From an uncultured Methanoregulaceae archaeon (GTDB lineage: Archaea > Halobacteriota > Methanomicrobia > Methanomicrobiales > Methanospirillaceae), in the NCBI GenBank assembly GCA_963705255.1, contig OY970061.1, positions 1,984,001 through 2,048,000 on the forward strand: a stretch of DNA of 64,000 nucleotides. The letters run 5' to 3'. Each line of letters starts with the position of its first letter. The first letter of the stretch is position 1. Shown here one piece after another: positions 11,218 to 21,085 of this stretch. Under the pieces are notes generated by a model, which saw only the letters and a program-made list of their open reading frames with translations, was not told the origin of the DNA and searched no databases. The position numbers and the translations under genes were made by a program.

Positions 11218-12567
11218 TCAGATCCGCCCGTACTCGTCCTCGAAGCGCACGATATCGTCCTCTTCGAGATACTCACCGAGCTGTACTTCGATGACGTCGA
11301 GAGGGATGAGACCCGGGTTCTTCAACCGGTGCACCGTGCCGCTGCGGATAAAAGTACCTCTCTCCTTTCCGGAGCAGCCGGGATTCCCCGTCAAGCTCGA
11401 CTTCTGCAGTTCCGCGCACAACCACCCAGTGCTCGCTCCGGTGGTGGTGGAGCTGCAGGGAGAGCTCTCTCCTGGCTTTACCGTTACCCGCTTGATCTTA
11501 TAAATGGCGGTGTCTTCCAGAACCGTGTAGGAACCCCACGGGCGGTGGACCTGCCGGTGGAATTTGGTGACCGGGTTATTGCCGGTATTATAGCGGCTGA
11601 CCAGCTGTTTTACCTGTTCGGTCTGCTGGTTATTACAGATGAGCAGGGCATCCGCTGTATCCACAACGATAAGGTCATTGACACCGATGAGCCCTACATG
11701 TTTTCCCGGGGCGTGGACAAAATTGTTCCTTGCCGCAATATACTCGGCAGTCCCAACGTTGCCATCCCCGTCATGGGCCTCTGCATCGTAAAGTGCCTTG
11801 AATGTGCCAAGATCGCTCCATTCCGCATCGAGAGGGACGACTGCGACCCGTTTCGAATGTTCCAGCAGACCGTAATCAATTGAGACTGCGTCAAGACTGG
11901 CGTAATCAGGTATATTGTCTCCGATGGATTCACTATACAATGCGGGCCGGTATTTTTTCAGTTCCTTAAAAAAACAACCGGTGGATAGGAGGAAGATCCC
12001 GCTGTTCCAGAGGTAGCCCAATTTCACGTACTCCCGGGCGGTCTTCTCATCAGGTTTTTCCCTGAACTCATCAGCGATGTTTCCGACATCCAGCTTCCTG
12101 CCCGGCCTGATATATCCGTAGCCGGTATGGGGTGATGTAGGCTTTACCCCAAACGTGACGAGATAATTTTTTGCGAGCGGCTCGGCAGCGCGTATCTGGT
12201 CGAGAGCAGCATCTCCCAGCAGGTGATCACTCGGAAAGACGACTGCCACGTCATGGGGGTTGACGGACCTGACCTGCCGCATCGCCCACATGATTGCGGG
12301 AAGGGTGTTTTTCCCCTCGGGTTCAATAAGGATCTGTGATTCCCTGAGCGGGGATCCCATCTCCTCGATCTGGTTGCGCACGAGATACTGGTGGATCGCA
12401 TTGGTCACCACAATCACCCCGTCAGCTCCCGAGAGGAGGACTGCACGCTGGAATGTCTTCTGGAAGAGCGACTGACCGTCAAGCTGGATGAATTGTTTAG
12501 GGTAGTATTCCCGCGACAGCGGCCAGAGCCGTGTCCCAACGCCTCCGGCAAGAATGATAGATTTCAT
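11218..12567 (-). CDS. manC: Mannose-1-phosphate guanylyltransferase / mannose-6-phosphate isomerase; two compensating indels in the cupin domain
   Basis: ILAGGVGTRLWPLSR..PKQF, WNSGIF, WSDLG, RPWGSY; the cupin LSLQLHHHRSEHWVVVRG is in an alternate frame between ~11465 and ~11355. Confidence 0.9.
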   Translation of the reverse strand: MKSIILAGGVGTRLWPLSREYYPKQFIQLDGQSLFQKTFQRAVLLSGADGVIVVTNAIHQYLVRNQIEEMGSPLRESQILIEPEGKNTLPAIMWAMRQVRSVNPHDVAVVFPSDHLLGDAALDQIRAAEPLAKNYLVTFGVKPTSPHTGYGYIRPGRKLDVGNIADEFREKPDEKTAREYVKLGYLWNSGIFLLSTGCFFKELKKYRPALYSESIGDNIPDYASLDAVSIDYGLLEHSKRVAVVPLDAEWSDLGTFKALYDAEAHDGDGNVGTAEYIAARNNFVHAPGKHVGLIGVNDLIVVDTADALLICNNQQTEQVKQLVSRYNTGNNPVTKFHRQVHRPWGSYTVLEDTAIYKIKRVTVKPGESSPCSSTTTGASTGWLCAELQKSSLTGNPGCSGKERGTFIRSGTVHRLKNPGLIPLDVIEVQLGEYLEEDDIVRFEDEYGRI

Positions 12568-12708
12568 GGTCTGCTCAAAATCTCCGGAAACGCAGGAATA
12601 TCCCTTCATCCGAAGATCATCATATAAATCTGTCTGGATAGACCATTTATATGATTCGATCCTGTACGACCCAATTTCACCGGGTCACCATGAGACGAGC
12701 ACGCCGGA

Positions 12709-14545
12709 TCAGGTACCAGCCGGAAGCCTGCCCCGCATATCGAAGAACATTCTCAGCCACAACTCAGCACACACGATCCTCCATACTTCCTGAGAATAGG
12801 CTGTTTTTCCTTCAAGGAAAGCGAGATAATCCTTCACCACCGCATCCGCATGCCAGTAGGGACGGGAGTGGAAACTGTCCGAGCTGAGTACTTCCAGCAT
12901 GAACGGACGGAGAGCTTCTTTCATCCACAGTTCTTCGGGCGTGACAAAACCCATCTTGTCCATCCGGCAGCGGACGGACTCGGGAATCAACCCCTTTATT
13001 GCGTTCCTGAGAGTAGTCTTTGTTACGCCGTGGCGGATCTTTTGACTAAGAGGAAGAGATGCAATATATTCCACCAACCGGACGTCCAGGAACGGGACCC
13101 TCGATTCTATGGAGAATGCCATGGAGTTCCGGTCTTCGTAATGGAGGAGCCCCGGGAGGTTGGTAGCCATGAGTTCCCGGCTGAGAACTTCGTTCAGGCT
13201 GCCCGCGTACCGATCGACTGCGGGGGCAACTGATTTCAGGAGTGTCCGGCGTCCCCGGCGGACGAGGACCTGGCGGAATGCGGAACCGAAAAACCCCCGG
13301 TGATGGCGGAAGCTGCCGGCAACTTCCTGCAGGGCGGTCCACCAGTGAAAGGAACGGATCAGTCCGCGGACATAACTTCCCTGGTACGCAAGGTAGCCTG
13401 CAAGGAGCTCATCAGCTCCCTGTCCGTCGAGCACTACTTTTACCGTTTCCTTTGCCAGACGCATGACGCAGTACTGGGCATAGATTGAGAGCGAACCGAA
13501 TGGCTCGTCCTGAGCCCAGACAAGCCGGTCAATGTCATCCCAGAGCTGTTCGGGTGTGGGTTCAACGCGGTGTGCGTCAACCCCGGTTGCTGCAACGATC
13601 TCATCGATATACCGGCTCTCGTCAAACCGCTTGTCGGTAAAGACCGCGGAGAAGGTCTTCTCCCGGGAACCGACACTCGCAGGTGCCTCATCCCGGATGA
13701 GATTATTGATGAGTACCGTGACTGTCGATGAGTCAATTCCGCCCGAGAGGCAGGTCCCCACCGGTACATCGCTTCTCAGGTGGATTCGGGTCGCGCTCAA
13801 CAGTGCTTTCAGAAGTCCGGATGCCGCCTCACGGTCAGAAATTTTTTGTTGTAGGGACGGACTGACCGTAATGTCCCAGTACCGGGACGGCTCCTGCGGC
13901 CCCTCAGCGGTCACCCTCATCCAGTGGGCGGGTTTCAGCTGGAAGATGCCGTCAAACATCGTCTTTCCCGAATGGTCGAATACACCCCAGGCAAGATAGG
14001 TACCAAGAGTCCCATCTTCAGGGCGTTTCCCGACATCAGGATGTGCCAGGAGCGCCTTGATCTCGGAAGCGAAGAGGAACGAACCGTTCACCTGAACATA
14101 ATAGAAGGGTTTGATGCCGAACCGGTCACGGGCGCAGAAGAGATGTTTCCGGCGGTCGTCCCAGATAGCGAATGCCCACATCCCGTTGAACTGCCGGAGG
14201 CAGTCAGCCCCCCATTCTTCGTAGGAGTGCAGGATTACTTCTGAGTCGGATTTTGAATGGAAACGGTGACCGTTCCGGACCAGTATCTCCCGGAGTTCAA
14301 CGTAATTGTAAATTTCACCGTTGAAGACCAGCCAGAGTGTCCCGTCCTCGTTTGTCATCGGCTGGAGGCCATCATCCGTAAGATCGATGATGGCAAGTCT
14401 GCGATGGACCAGCCCCGTACTCTTACAGGTCCAACTCCCCTCCCCGTCAGGACCACGGTGAGAGAGGCGCCGTGACATTTCAGCAAGGAGCTCCCTGTCA
14501 GGTTCCTTACCGGTAAAACAGGTACTGCCCTGCGATCCCGCACAT
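12709..14545 (-). CDS. asnB: Asparagine synthase (glutamine-hydrolysing) family amidotransferase; indel near 14521
   Basis: MCGIAG at 14545 (shifted frame), HRGPD, HRRLAIID, NGEIYN, LSGGIDSS, DGQGADE, ESRVPFLD. Confidence 0.9.
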
Positions 14546-14782
14546 TGTGTAAACGTGGGTGGTATGGGATAAAAAATATGCCCGCAGTGAACCATTGGTC
14601 AATTACGGGATACCTGCTGAACAAGGAATGGGTAAATTATCGGGGACCACCTTTTCATGAAAAATTTCCCGTTACAGGAAAGCGATACAGAGCCGTTGAT
14701 TTTAACCATCGGCTGTCACATCGTCGCTGCAAAATGGTTCCGGGACGATCCTGCCCCGTGAAAAGTGATTGCAAAAAATTTG

Positions 14783-15091
14783 TCAGAGATAATTATTCCG
14801 CCGGAGCCACTCCACCTGCGGACCGGTATACCGATAGATAATATCGCATTTCTCGTCCTGGAAATTCCACGGGATGACAATAAGGATGTCACCCTCGCGG
14901 ATCCATACTTTCTTTTTTATCTTTCCCTTGATCCTGCCCATCCGTGTCACACCGTCGAAACAGCGGACCCGGATATGGTTGGCACCCATCATCAGTTCGG
15001 CACACCCGAACATTTCCCGGTTGCGCTTCTGGGGCAGTTTCACCCTAATGATCTCATCGCCCGGTGGCGCTCCCGGTTTCTTGTCAGTCAG
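14783..15091 (-). CDS. eif1a: Translation initiation factor aIF-1A (probable CTG start at 15091)
   Basis: IIRVKLP...MMGANHIRVRCFDG..RMGRIKGKIKKKVWIREGD...W..QDEKCDIIYRY. Confidence 0.92.
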   Translation of the reverse strand: MTDKKPGAPPGDEIIRVKLPQKRNREMFGCAELMMGANHIRVRCFDGVTRMGRIKGKIKKKVWIREGDILIVIPWNFQDEKCDIIYRYTGPQVEWLRRNNYL

Positions 15092-15288
15092 TACAACCTC
15101 TCCTGTGTCCCGGATATTTCATGAATTTTTCGTGCTTAATTGTTGGCGTAAGAGAAAATATATTTATTCCTTCTGTTAAATTCCGGCGAGAAGGGATCCG
15201 GTAGACCTATTCATGATAGTACATACTTCCGGGTAGTTTCATCCGGTTCAATTCCGGTTCGGGCGTTATGACTGAGTGTAAACCGGGA

Positions 15289-15927
15289 TCAGGGTAGAGA
15301 GATGACACGGCCGGCGATGAGCAGGATGAGCATCCCGGCACCGAAGAAGACGATCAGCAGCCCCGAGATGCGGTTGATCAGCTTCAGATTCTCTCTGCCG
15401 ATACTGGAGCGGACGGAACCTATTGAGCCGCACAGGACGATCCACCAGATCGTTGAACCGATGAAGACTCCGGCAACAAATTCCGCAGCAGCGATAACCG
15501 ACGTACCCTGGAATATGTACCCGAACCCCGGCAGGATAGCGATGAAGAAGACAAGGGTCAGCGGGTTTGCGATCGCGATGGCAACCATCGAGAGGTAATC
15601 TTTCAGGTAGGGCTCGTGCTCCGAATCAGTGCTGACACTTGCAGGTTCTGAAAAGAAAACCCGGAGGCCGACCAGGACAAGAACGAGCCCCGCGAGGGAC
15701 CGGAAGACCGACTGGTATCCAAGGATTAGGCCGGACACGACGGTCAGGCCAAGGAACGAGACAGCCGCGTAGACGGAATCCGCAGTAGCCACACCGATGC
15801 CGGAGAAGATCCCGTGGAGGCGGCCGTCAGCAACGGTGCGGTGGATGCAGAGCAGGGAGATCGGTCCGACGGGTACTGCAAGGGTAAGACCGATCACGAT
15901 TCCCTGCATGACAAGGCTGAGGTCCAC
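15289..15927 (-). CDS. LysE family translocator
   Basis: AVPVGP, G..SGIGVATAD, IANPLT, GSTIWW. Confidence 0.85.
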   Translation of the reverse strand: MDLSLVMQGIVIGLTLAVPVGPISLLCIHRTVADGRLHGIFSGIGVATADSVYAAVSFLGLTVVSGLILGYQSVFRSLAGLVLVLVGLRVFFSEPASVSTDSEHEPYLKDYLSMVAIAIANPLTLVFFIAILPGFGYIFQGTSVIAAAEFVAGVFIGSTIWWIVLCGSIGSVRSSIGRENLKLINRISGLLIVFFGAGMLILLIAGRVISLP

Positions 15928-16132
15928 GAAACACCCGGGAGTTTGTTGTTAACCTGTTGACCGTTCCCTGACATCAATGTTCCATAATTGACCGGAAGTG
16001 ATTTCCTGGACCGGAGTGCGAAACCACCTCCCTCTTTGGTAGGGGATGTTCGGAAAACGCGACGATAAGGACGCGTCGGCATATCCCATGAAATAAACGG
16101 ATTTTACCAATGATTTTGTATACATGAAACGA

Positions 16133-16182
16133 TGCGGGGAGCCGGATTTGGACGGACGAACTCCTTCGAGGATCCACCGTAA
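16133..16182 (-). other. Decayed tRNA-Leu 3' half (tRNA pseudogene or old att scar)
   Basis: Minus strand ...CTCGAAGGAGTTCGTCCGTCCAAATCCGGCTCCCCGCA (variable arm, broken T arm, acceptor + discriminator A); 34/50 ungapped matches by hand to 55041-55090. Confidence 0.55.
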
Positions 16183-16471
16183 CTTCGAGTCGATATTACG
16201 GGCAAGAAGCGTCGCTCCAGCGAACAATTCCCCCCTGCCAAAATGAATCTCGGGAAAATGCAGAAGGAATACCGACTAACCTGTCTGTAATCCGGTTATC
16301 TGACGATCACTCATCGGCAGCTTACTGACTGATTACCGGCAAAGGAACGGTGTTCCGGATAACATCTTTCTATTTCTGGAAATGAGATCTTTCCATCCGG
16401 TTCATCCGAAAAATGTGACGGAAGAAATTCACTGGTGACATGAATGCAGAAAATCAATCCGGTTCGTTGTT

Positions 16472-18490
16472 CTACCCCACGCCGACCCCCTCCATCATCT
16501 TCATGACCTCCTCCTTATCCCGGTAATACTGCTGGACCATCTGGGTCACGGTATGGTAATCCCTGATGTGGGTCTTCTGCATCCAGTTGATGAACCGGGT
16601 CCTGTCTTCCAGTTCCTGCTGGAGCTTTTCTTTGCTGACACCATGGGTATCCCGGATCTTGTCGAACAAAAAGCTGCGCCCCTGCCACTTGAACTCATCA
16701 ACCTCAGGCACCCACTTAAATACCGTATTGGTGATGAGGTCCCCCTTATCCCTGTCGAGTTCAAGGATCTCTACGATATTGGATATCCTTCTCATGCTCC
16801 GCTCGCCTTTCTTGATGTGCATCGGAAAGATGACGAGATCGAGGTTCGAGAGGAGGCTCCTTGGCACATTCATCGGGTTGGATTCCACACGGGCGAGCAG
16901 TTCATCCATGGATCCGGCATGGATTGTTCCAAGCGCCGCGTGACCGACGGCGATTGCCTGGAAGAGCGTGAAGGCTTCTCCGCCCCGTACCTCACCAACG
17001 ATGATAAACTCGGGCCGCTGCCGCAGGGCCGCGACCAGGAGATCGTAGAGCGAGATGTCGCCAGGCGATTTTGAGGAACCCCCGCCGAGACCAGAGATAC
17101 CGCTTGAGCCCCCACTGGATTCAGAGGTTCCGAACCCTGAACGGGTGATTGACTGGATCCAGTTGGGATGCATAAGGTTCAATTCAGCGGTATCTTCGAT
17201 GGAGACGATCTTGTATTCCGGGGGGATGAAACTGCAGAGAACGTTGAGGAACGTGGTCTTACCGGTTGCGGTTCCGCCCGATACGAGAATCGAGCGCTTG
17301 TATTCCATGAGGATCCACGTGTAGGCAAGCTGTTGCGCGTCGATTGACCCGTAATCCATGAGTTCGATCGAGGAGATCGGGTTGGCCCTGAATTTACGGA
17401 TTGTAAAAGTTGAGCCTCTCTTGGTCACTTCACCGCCGAGCGTGATATTGGCACGGCTGCCATCCGGGAGAGTAAGATCGCGGATCGGCTGGAGGAGAGA
17501 GACGTGACGGCCGCTTACCTGTGCGAGTTTCAGGACAAAGTTGTTCAGTTCGACTTCCGCAAACTGGACATTGGTCCTGATAGACCCGTACGTGCGGTGC
17601 TGGACATAGATATTCATGTTCGAGCCGTTGCAGCTGATATCTTCGATGTACTTATCCTTCATCAGGGTGTCAATCCGCCCGTACCCGAGGTAGTTTTTCT
17701 TAAGGTGAAAAAACATCCTTTGTTTCTGGGTATCGGAGAGTTTGAGCCCGAAGATGTGCATCAGCGAATAGAAACGGTCGTGGAGGTAAATCTCCCGTTG
17801 GGCGGCGTCGATAAGCTCGACGTTCGTACTCACCAGCTTTTCGAATGCGTTCTCGATAATCCTGAGTGCACTGGCCTCCTCATCGCTCAGTGCCGGCTCG
17901 GCAACGCTGTAGACGAGTGCCCCTTCCTGCCGGATGAATTCGATATGGACGAACTGGTAAGGCTCCTCGACGATATACGTGATATTGACGTCCCTGAGCG
18001 CACCTTCGAGCGAAGGAATGGATGTCTCCCCGGGATCGAAGGTCACGGTATCGATCTCCCGTTCCGCAGGCCTGGAAAAGACTGAGAGCAGTTTCTGCAG
18101 TCCTCCCAATGGCGTACTGGCAATCCGGCTCCCGTCTCGAACGTTCACCGAAGAATCCGAACCCTGCATCTGAACAGCTGGTGGAGCAACGGTTGCAGCA
18201 CCGGTAGCGGCAGGGTCGGTTTCCAGTTTCTGCGCAGAAAATTCCTCTTCGTAAGGTTCCTCTTCCACCATTAATGACCGGAGTTTCCGGAACCCGGAAA
18301 GCCCGCCGGCATTGCGCCTGCCTAAAGGCTTTGCACGGGGATTTTCTCTGTCAGCTTCGTGGGGTGTCTCAATTCTTCCAGCCCCCTCAGGAGGGGAACC
18401 GGCCGGCATCAGGTCCTGATCATCAGGGTCGGTATCGAGAGCCCATGACCGGAGTTTTCCCGTAAAGGAGCTGGTATTGGAGTCTGTCAT
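16472..18490 (-). CDS. Type IV pilus / type II-IV secretion ATPase (FlaI/VirB11/PilB family)
   Basis: IEDISCNG, TFTIRKF, Walker A GGTATGKTT, VSIEDTAE, LRQRPEFIIVGEVRG, TIHA. Confidence 0.93.
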   Translation of the reverse strand: MTDSNTSSFTGKLRSWALDTDPDDQDLMPAGSPPEGAGRIETPHEADRENPRAKPLGRRNAGGLSGFRKLRSLMVEEEPYEEEFSAQKLETDPAATGAATVAPPAVQMQGSDSSVNVRDGSRIASTPLGGLQKLLSVFSRPAEREIDTVTFDPGETSIPSLEGALRDVNITYIVEEPYQFVHIEFIRQEGALVYSVAEPALSDEEASALRIIENAFEKLVSTNVELIDAAQREIYLHDRFYSLMHIFGLKLSDTQKQRMFFHLKKNYLGYGRIDTLMKDKYIEDISCNGSNMNIYVQHRTYGSIRTNVQFAEVELNNFVLKLAQVSGRHVSLLQPIRDLTLPDGSRANITLGGEVTKRGSTFTIRKFRANPISSIELMDYGSIDAQQLAYTWILMEYKRSILVSGGTATGKTTFLNVLCSFIPPEYKIVSIEDTAELNLMHPNWIQSITRSGFGTSESSGGSSGISGLGGGSSKSPGDISLYDLLVAALRQRPEFIIVGEVRGGEAFTLFQAIAVGHAALGTIHAGSMDELLARVESNPMNVPRSLLSNLDLVIFPMHIKKGERSMRRISNIVEILELDRDKGDLITNTVFKWVPEVDEFKWQGRSFLFDKIRDTHGVSKEKLQQELEDRTRFINWMQKTHIRDYHTVTQMVQQYYRDKEEVMKMMEGVGVG

Positions 18491-19209
18491 TGATCTCTCC
18501 GGTCGATCCTAGTGCTTGAGGAATCCCGCGTATTTCTGCCGCTCCGGTCACCGATTTTCCGGTGATAAAAGTGTTCGGCCTTACCTGAACGGTCAGGAAG
18601 AGAAACTAAGCCCCTTCGTGTCATCATCCGATCAACGATTGTTCCATGGTTGAACGGCGATCAATATATAATTTTTCAATTGAGTATATAGTTTTCACAA
18701 TATGAATATATCCCGGTTTTCTCTGCTGGACAAAAATGGTATCAAAACCCGATAATGTCAGGTTGTCTTCAAGATGACAAGGTATCATGGGTGTGATGAC
18801 CTGCCTGGACCATCAGACAATGAATAGAAGGTTGCTGCATAATCAGGCACCATTTCGTTTGTAACTGGTACCAGGCGAAAAATGACAGCCGAACGTGCCT
18901 AAAGCGATTCCAAGTGCAATATCGAAATCAGGGTTATCGAAATACGCAATCGGAGCTCCTGTCATTGCTCCATGCATAACAACCCAAAGTTCGTACCGGA
19001 CCTTGCCGCAATAGACCCGGTAGTTTACATTATCTGTTACAATTTTTAAAATTCATGTTCATACAAAGCATTCATCGATGAAAAAAATCCGGGAGGTATT
19101 CGCTCATTCATACTCTTTCCTCCTTGCCTGCGGGCGCTTATCCGCTTCTATTCCCGGCGAAGACGAATAAATACGTGGAAGTGTTGGAGTGAACCGTCAG
19201 AAACGGTGG

Positions 19210-20008
19210 TCATGTAACCGTTACAGCCGCACTCCGGTTCACCCATGCCATGCCTGCCGTACTGGTTATCCTGAACTTCACATCGTACGTACCAGGTAGT
19301 ATATACTGGTGGGTACTATTCCGGAAACTGCTGGTCATACCATCCCCGAAGTCCCAGTACCATGCGGAGGGTTGCGGGTACCCGGTGCCGGCATCGGTAA
19401 AGGCGACCGTAAGGGGATGAGGGCCCTGATTGGGAACTGCCAAAAATCCAGGTGAATACACGGAGATATTTGTGGTGAAATCGCTCGATCCGGCCGCATT
19501 TGTTGCAGTGAACACGACCATATACTGCCCTCCGGAATAAAACGTGTAGCCGGGGTTCTGCAAAGTCGAGGATCCTCCATCACCAAAGTCTCCAGGACCA
19601 GACAGTTGGCATGTTCTGCGAGGAATCCGTGAACTGAACCGCAAGCGGTGCAAACCCCAGAGTGACGTTCGAAGTAAATTGTGCAACCGGAATCGATATG
19701 CTGCCGATAGTGGTGCTGGAATTCGTTGCATTGCCGGTAATATTTGTCGCGTTGATCGTGGTATATTGTGCCGGCGATATCAAAGGAATATCTTCCGTGA
19801 GGTTCGGGGTCACGGTACTACTGCCCGATCCGGCCCCTGGCGTTCCGACCGGCGATGCGACATACTGGTCCGGGAGCGTCGGTGTTTCCACCGGAGTATT
19901 CAGGGAGTTCTCGCCTGACTGCGGAATGGTTGCCGGATTTGTGAAGCAACCGGCTGATATCATTCCGGCCGCGAGAAGCAGCAGGACAATTACTCCCTGA
20001 GATTTCAT
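19210..20008 (-). CDS. PKD-domain lipoprotein; indel near 19590
   Basis: Lipobox ISAGC, Thr/Pro linker, GFAPLAVQFTDSS..WSW/DFGDG, second PKD WYWDFGDG. Confidence 0.8.
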
Positions 20009-20167
20009 AGATAAGATTAAGTTACTATAGTCTTAAACCATTTCCTATATTTTTCAGGATGAGTGCATAAAATAATATCGGAACCAGATTTTTCTTGCAA
20101 TCATATACCATTTTTACGACTGATGGAAGGGAAAGATTGATGAAACTTCCGACCCTATAGTTATTCG

Positions 20168-20800
20168 ATGACGTATAGATATCTCCAAATCGTCGCTCTT
20201 TTCCTGCTTGTTCCTGCACTTTTTTTCTCAGGGTGCACCTCAGTGAGGCTGGCAGATACCCATGATATTACTCTTGCCGTGAAGAGCTATGACACATGGG
20301 TGGATGCCCAGAAAACCTATGACCGGCAGGTGCGCACGTCGCTTGACCAAATAGGGCAACATATCACCATCTATAACAACGAGCTTGCGAAAAGCCAGCC
20401 GGATATAAAGGTCCTCCGTGCCGATACTGCATCCGATCAGCAGGCTCTTCGGGCTTGGGAAGCGCAGAGCAGCGCGCTTGATGCTGCGACTGATCGGTTT
20501 AATGCCGAGACATCGGCTCTCAATTTTTCAGCATCGCCCGATGCCAGACAGGCAGTGGATGTGGTTGCGCAGGATATGAAGATCTATTCCATTACAATGA
20601 ACAATGCAGAGCAGCATCTCGTAGATTACACGAACGCAATGAACGCTTATCTGACTCCGGATGATCCTGATTACTGGAACGATGCGTTCCGCGTTGCTGC
20701 CATGGATGCGAACAGCAAAGCGGTAAAGACCATCACGGACGGTGACGATGCACTTGCGGCACTCTCATCGGCTGCAAAGAAGCTGGAAGCGTACCAGTAA
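20168..20800 (+). CDS. Helical lipoprotein of unknown function
   Basis: Signal with FFSGC lipobox; Ala/Asp-rich helical body. Confidence 0.7.
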   Translation: MTYRYLQIVALFLLVPALFFSGCTSVRLADTHDITLAVKSYDTWVDAQKTYDRQVRTSLDQIGQHITIYNNELAKSQPDIKVLRADTASDQQALRAWEAQSSALDAATDRFNAETSALNFSASPDARQAVDVVAQDMKIYSITMNNAEQHLVDYTNAMNAYLTPDDPDYWNDAFRVAAMDANSKAVKTITDGDDALAALSSAAKKLEAYQ

Positions 20801-21085
20801 AAGATCTTTTTTCAATAGAGTGGGCGTTGCGTGAAATACATGCCAGCATATTCCTACCCGGGCTTCCCAGCGGGAAAAACGGGGAAAACGTCACTTTCGG
20901 CAGCTCGCATTTTATCCTATCGGACGGGGCAATGGAATGCTGTACAAAATTCCCCCTCTCTTATTCCGAGGGAACCATCGCGCCGGCTATCCTTAACAGG
21001 GAGGGGATTTTTTGATCGCATCCAATTGTGCAGGTTCAACCCGGAATGTTGCAGGGTGAGTATACACGCGATATTCTCTTTTCTT

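Noticed and set aside
15930-16130. Riboswitch upstream of the LysE gene
   Set aside because: Some pairing potential (GGGAT...ATCCC, ACGCG...CGCGT) but no match to a riboswitch consensus I can recognise
16472-18490. Archaellum motor FlaI or conjugative VirB11
   Set aside because: No archaellins, flaF/flaG, che genes, VirB4 or relaxase in the window; two separate TadB/C-type genes fit a pilus
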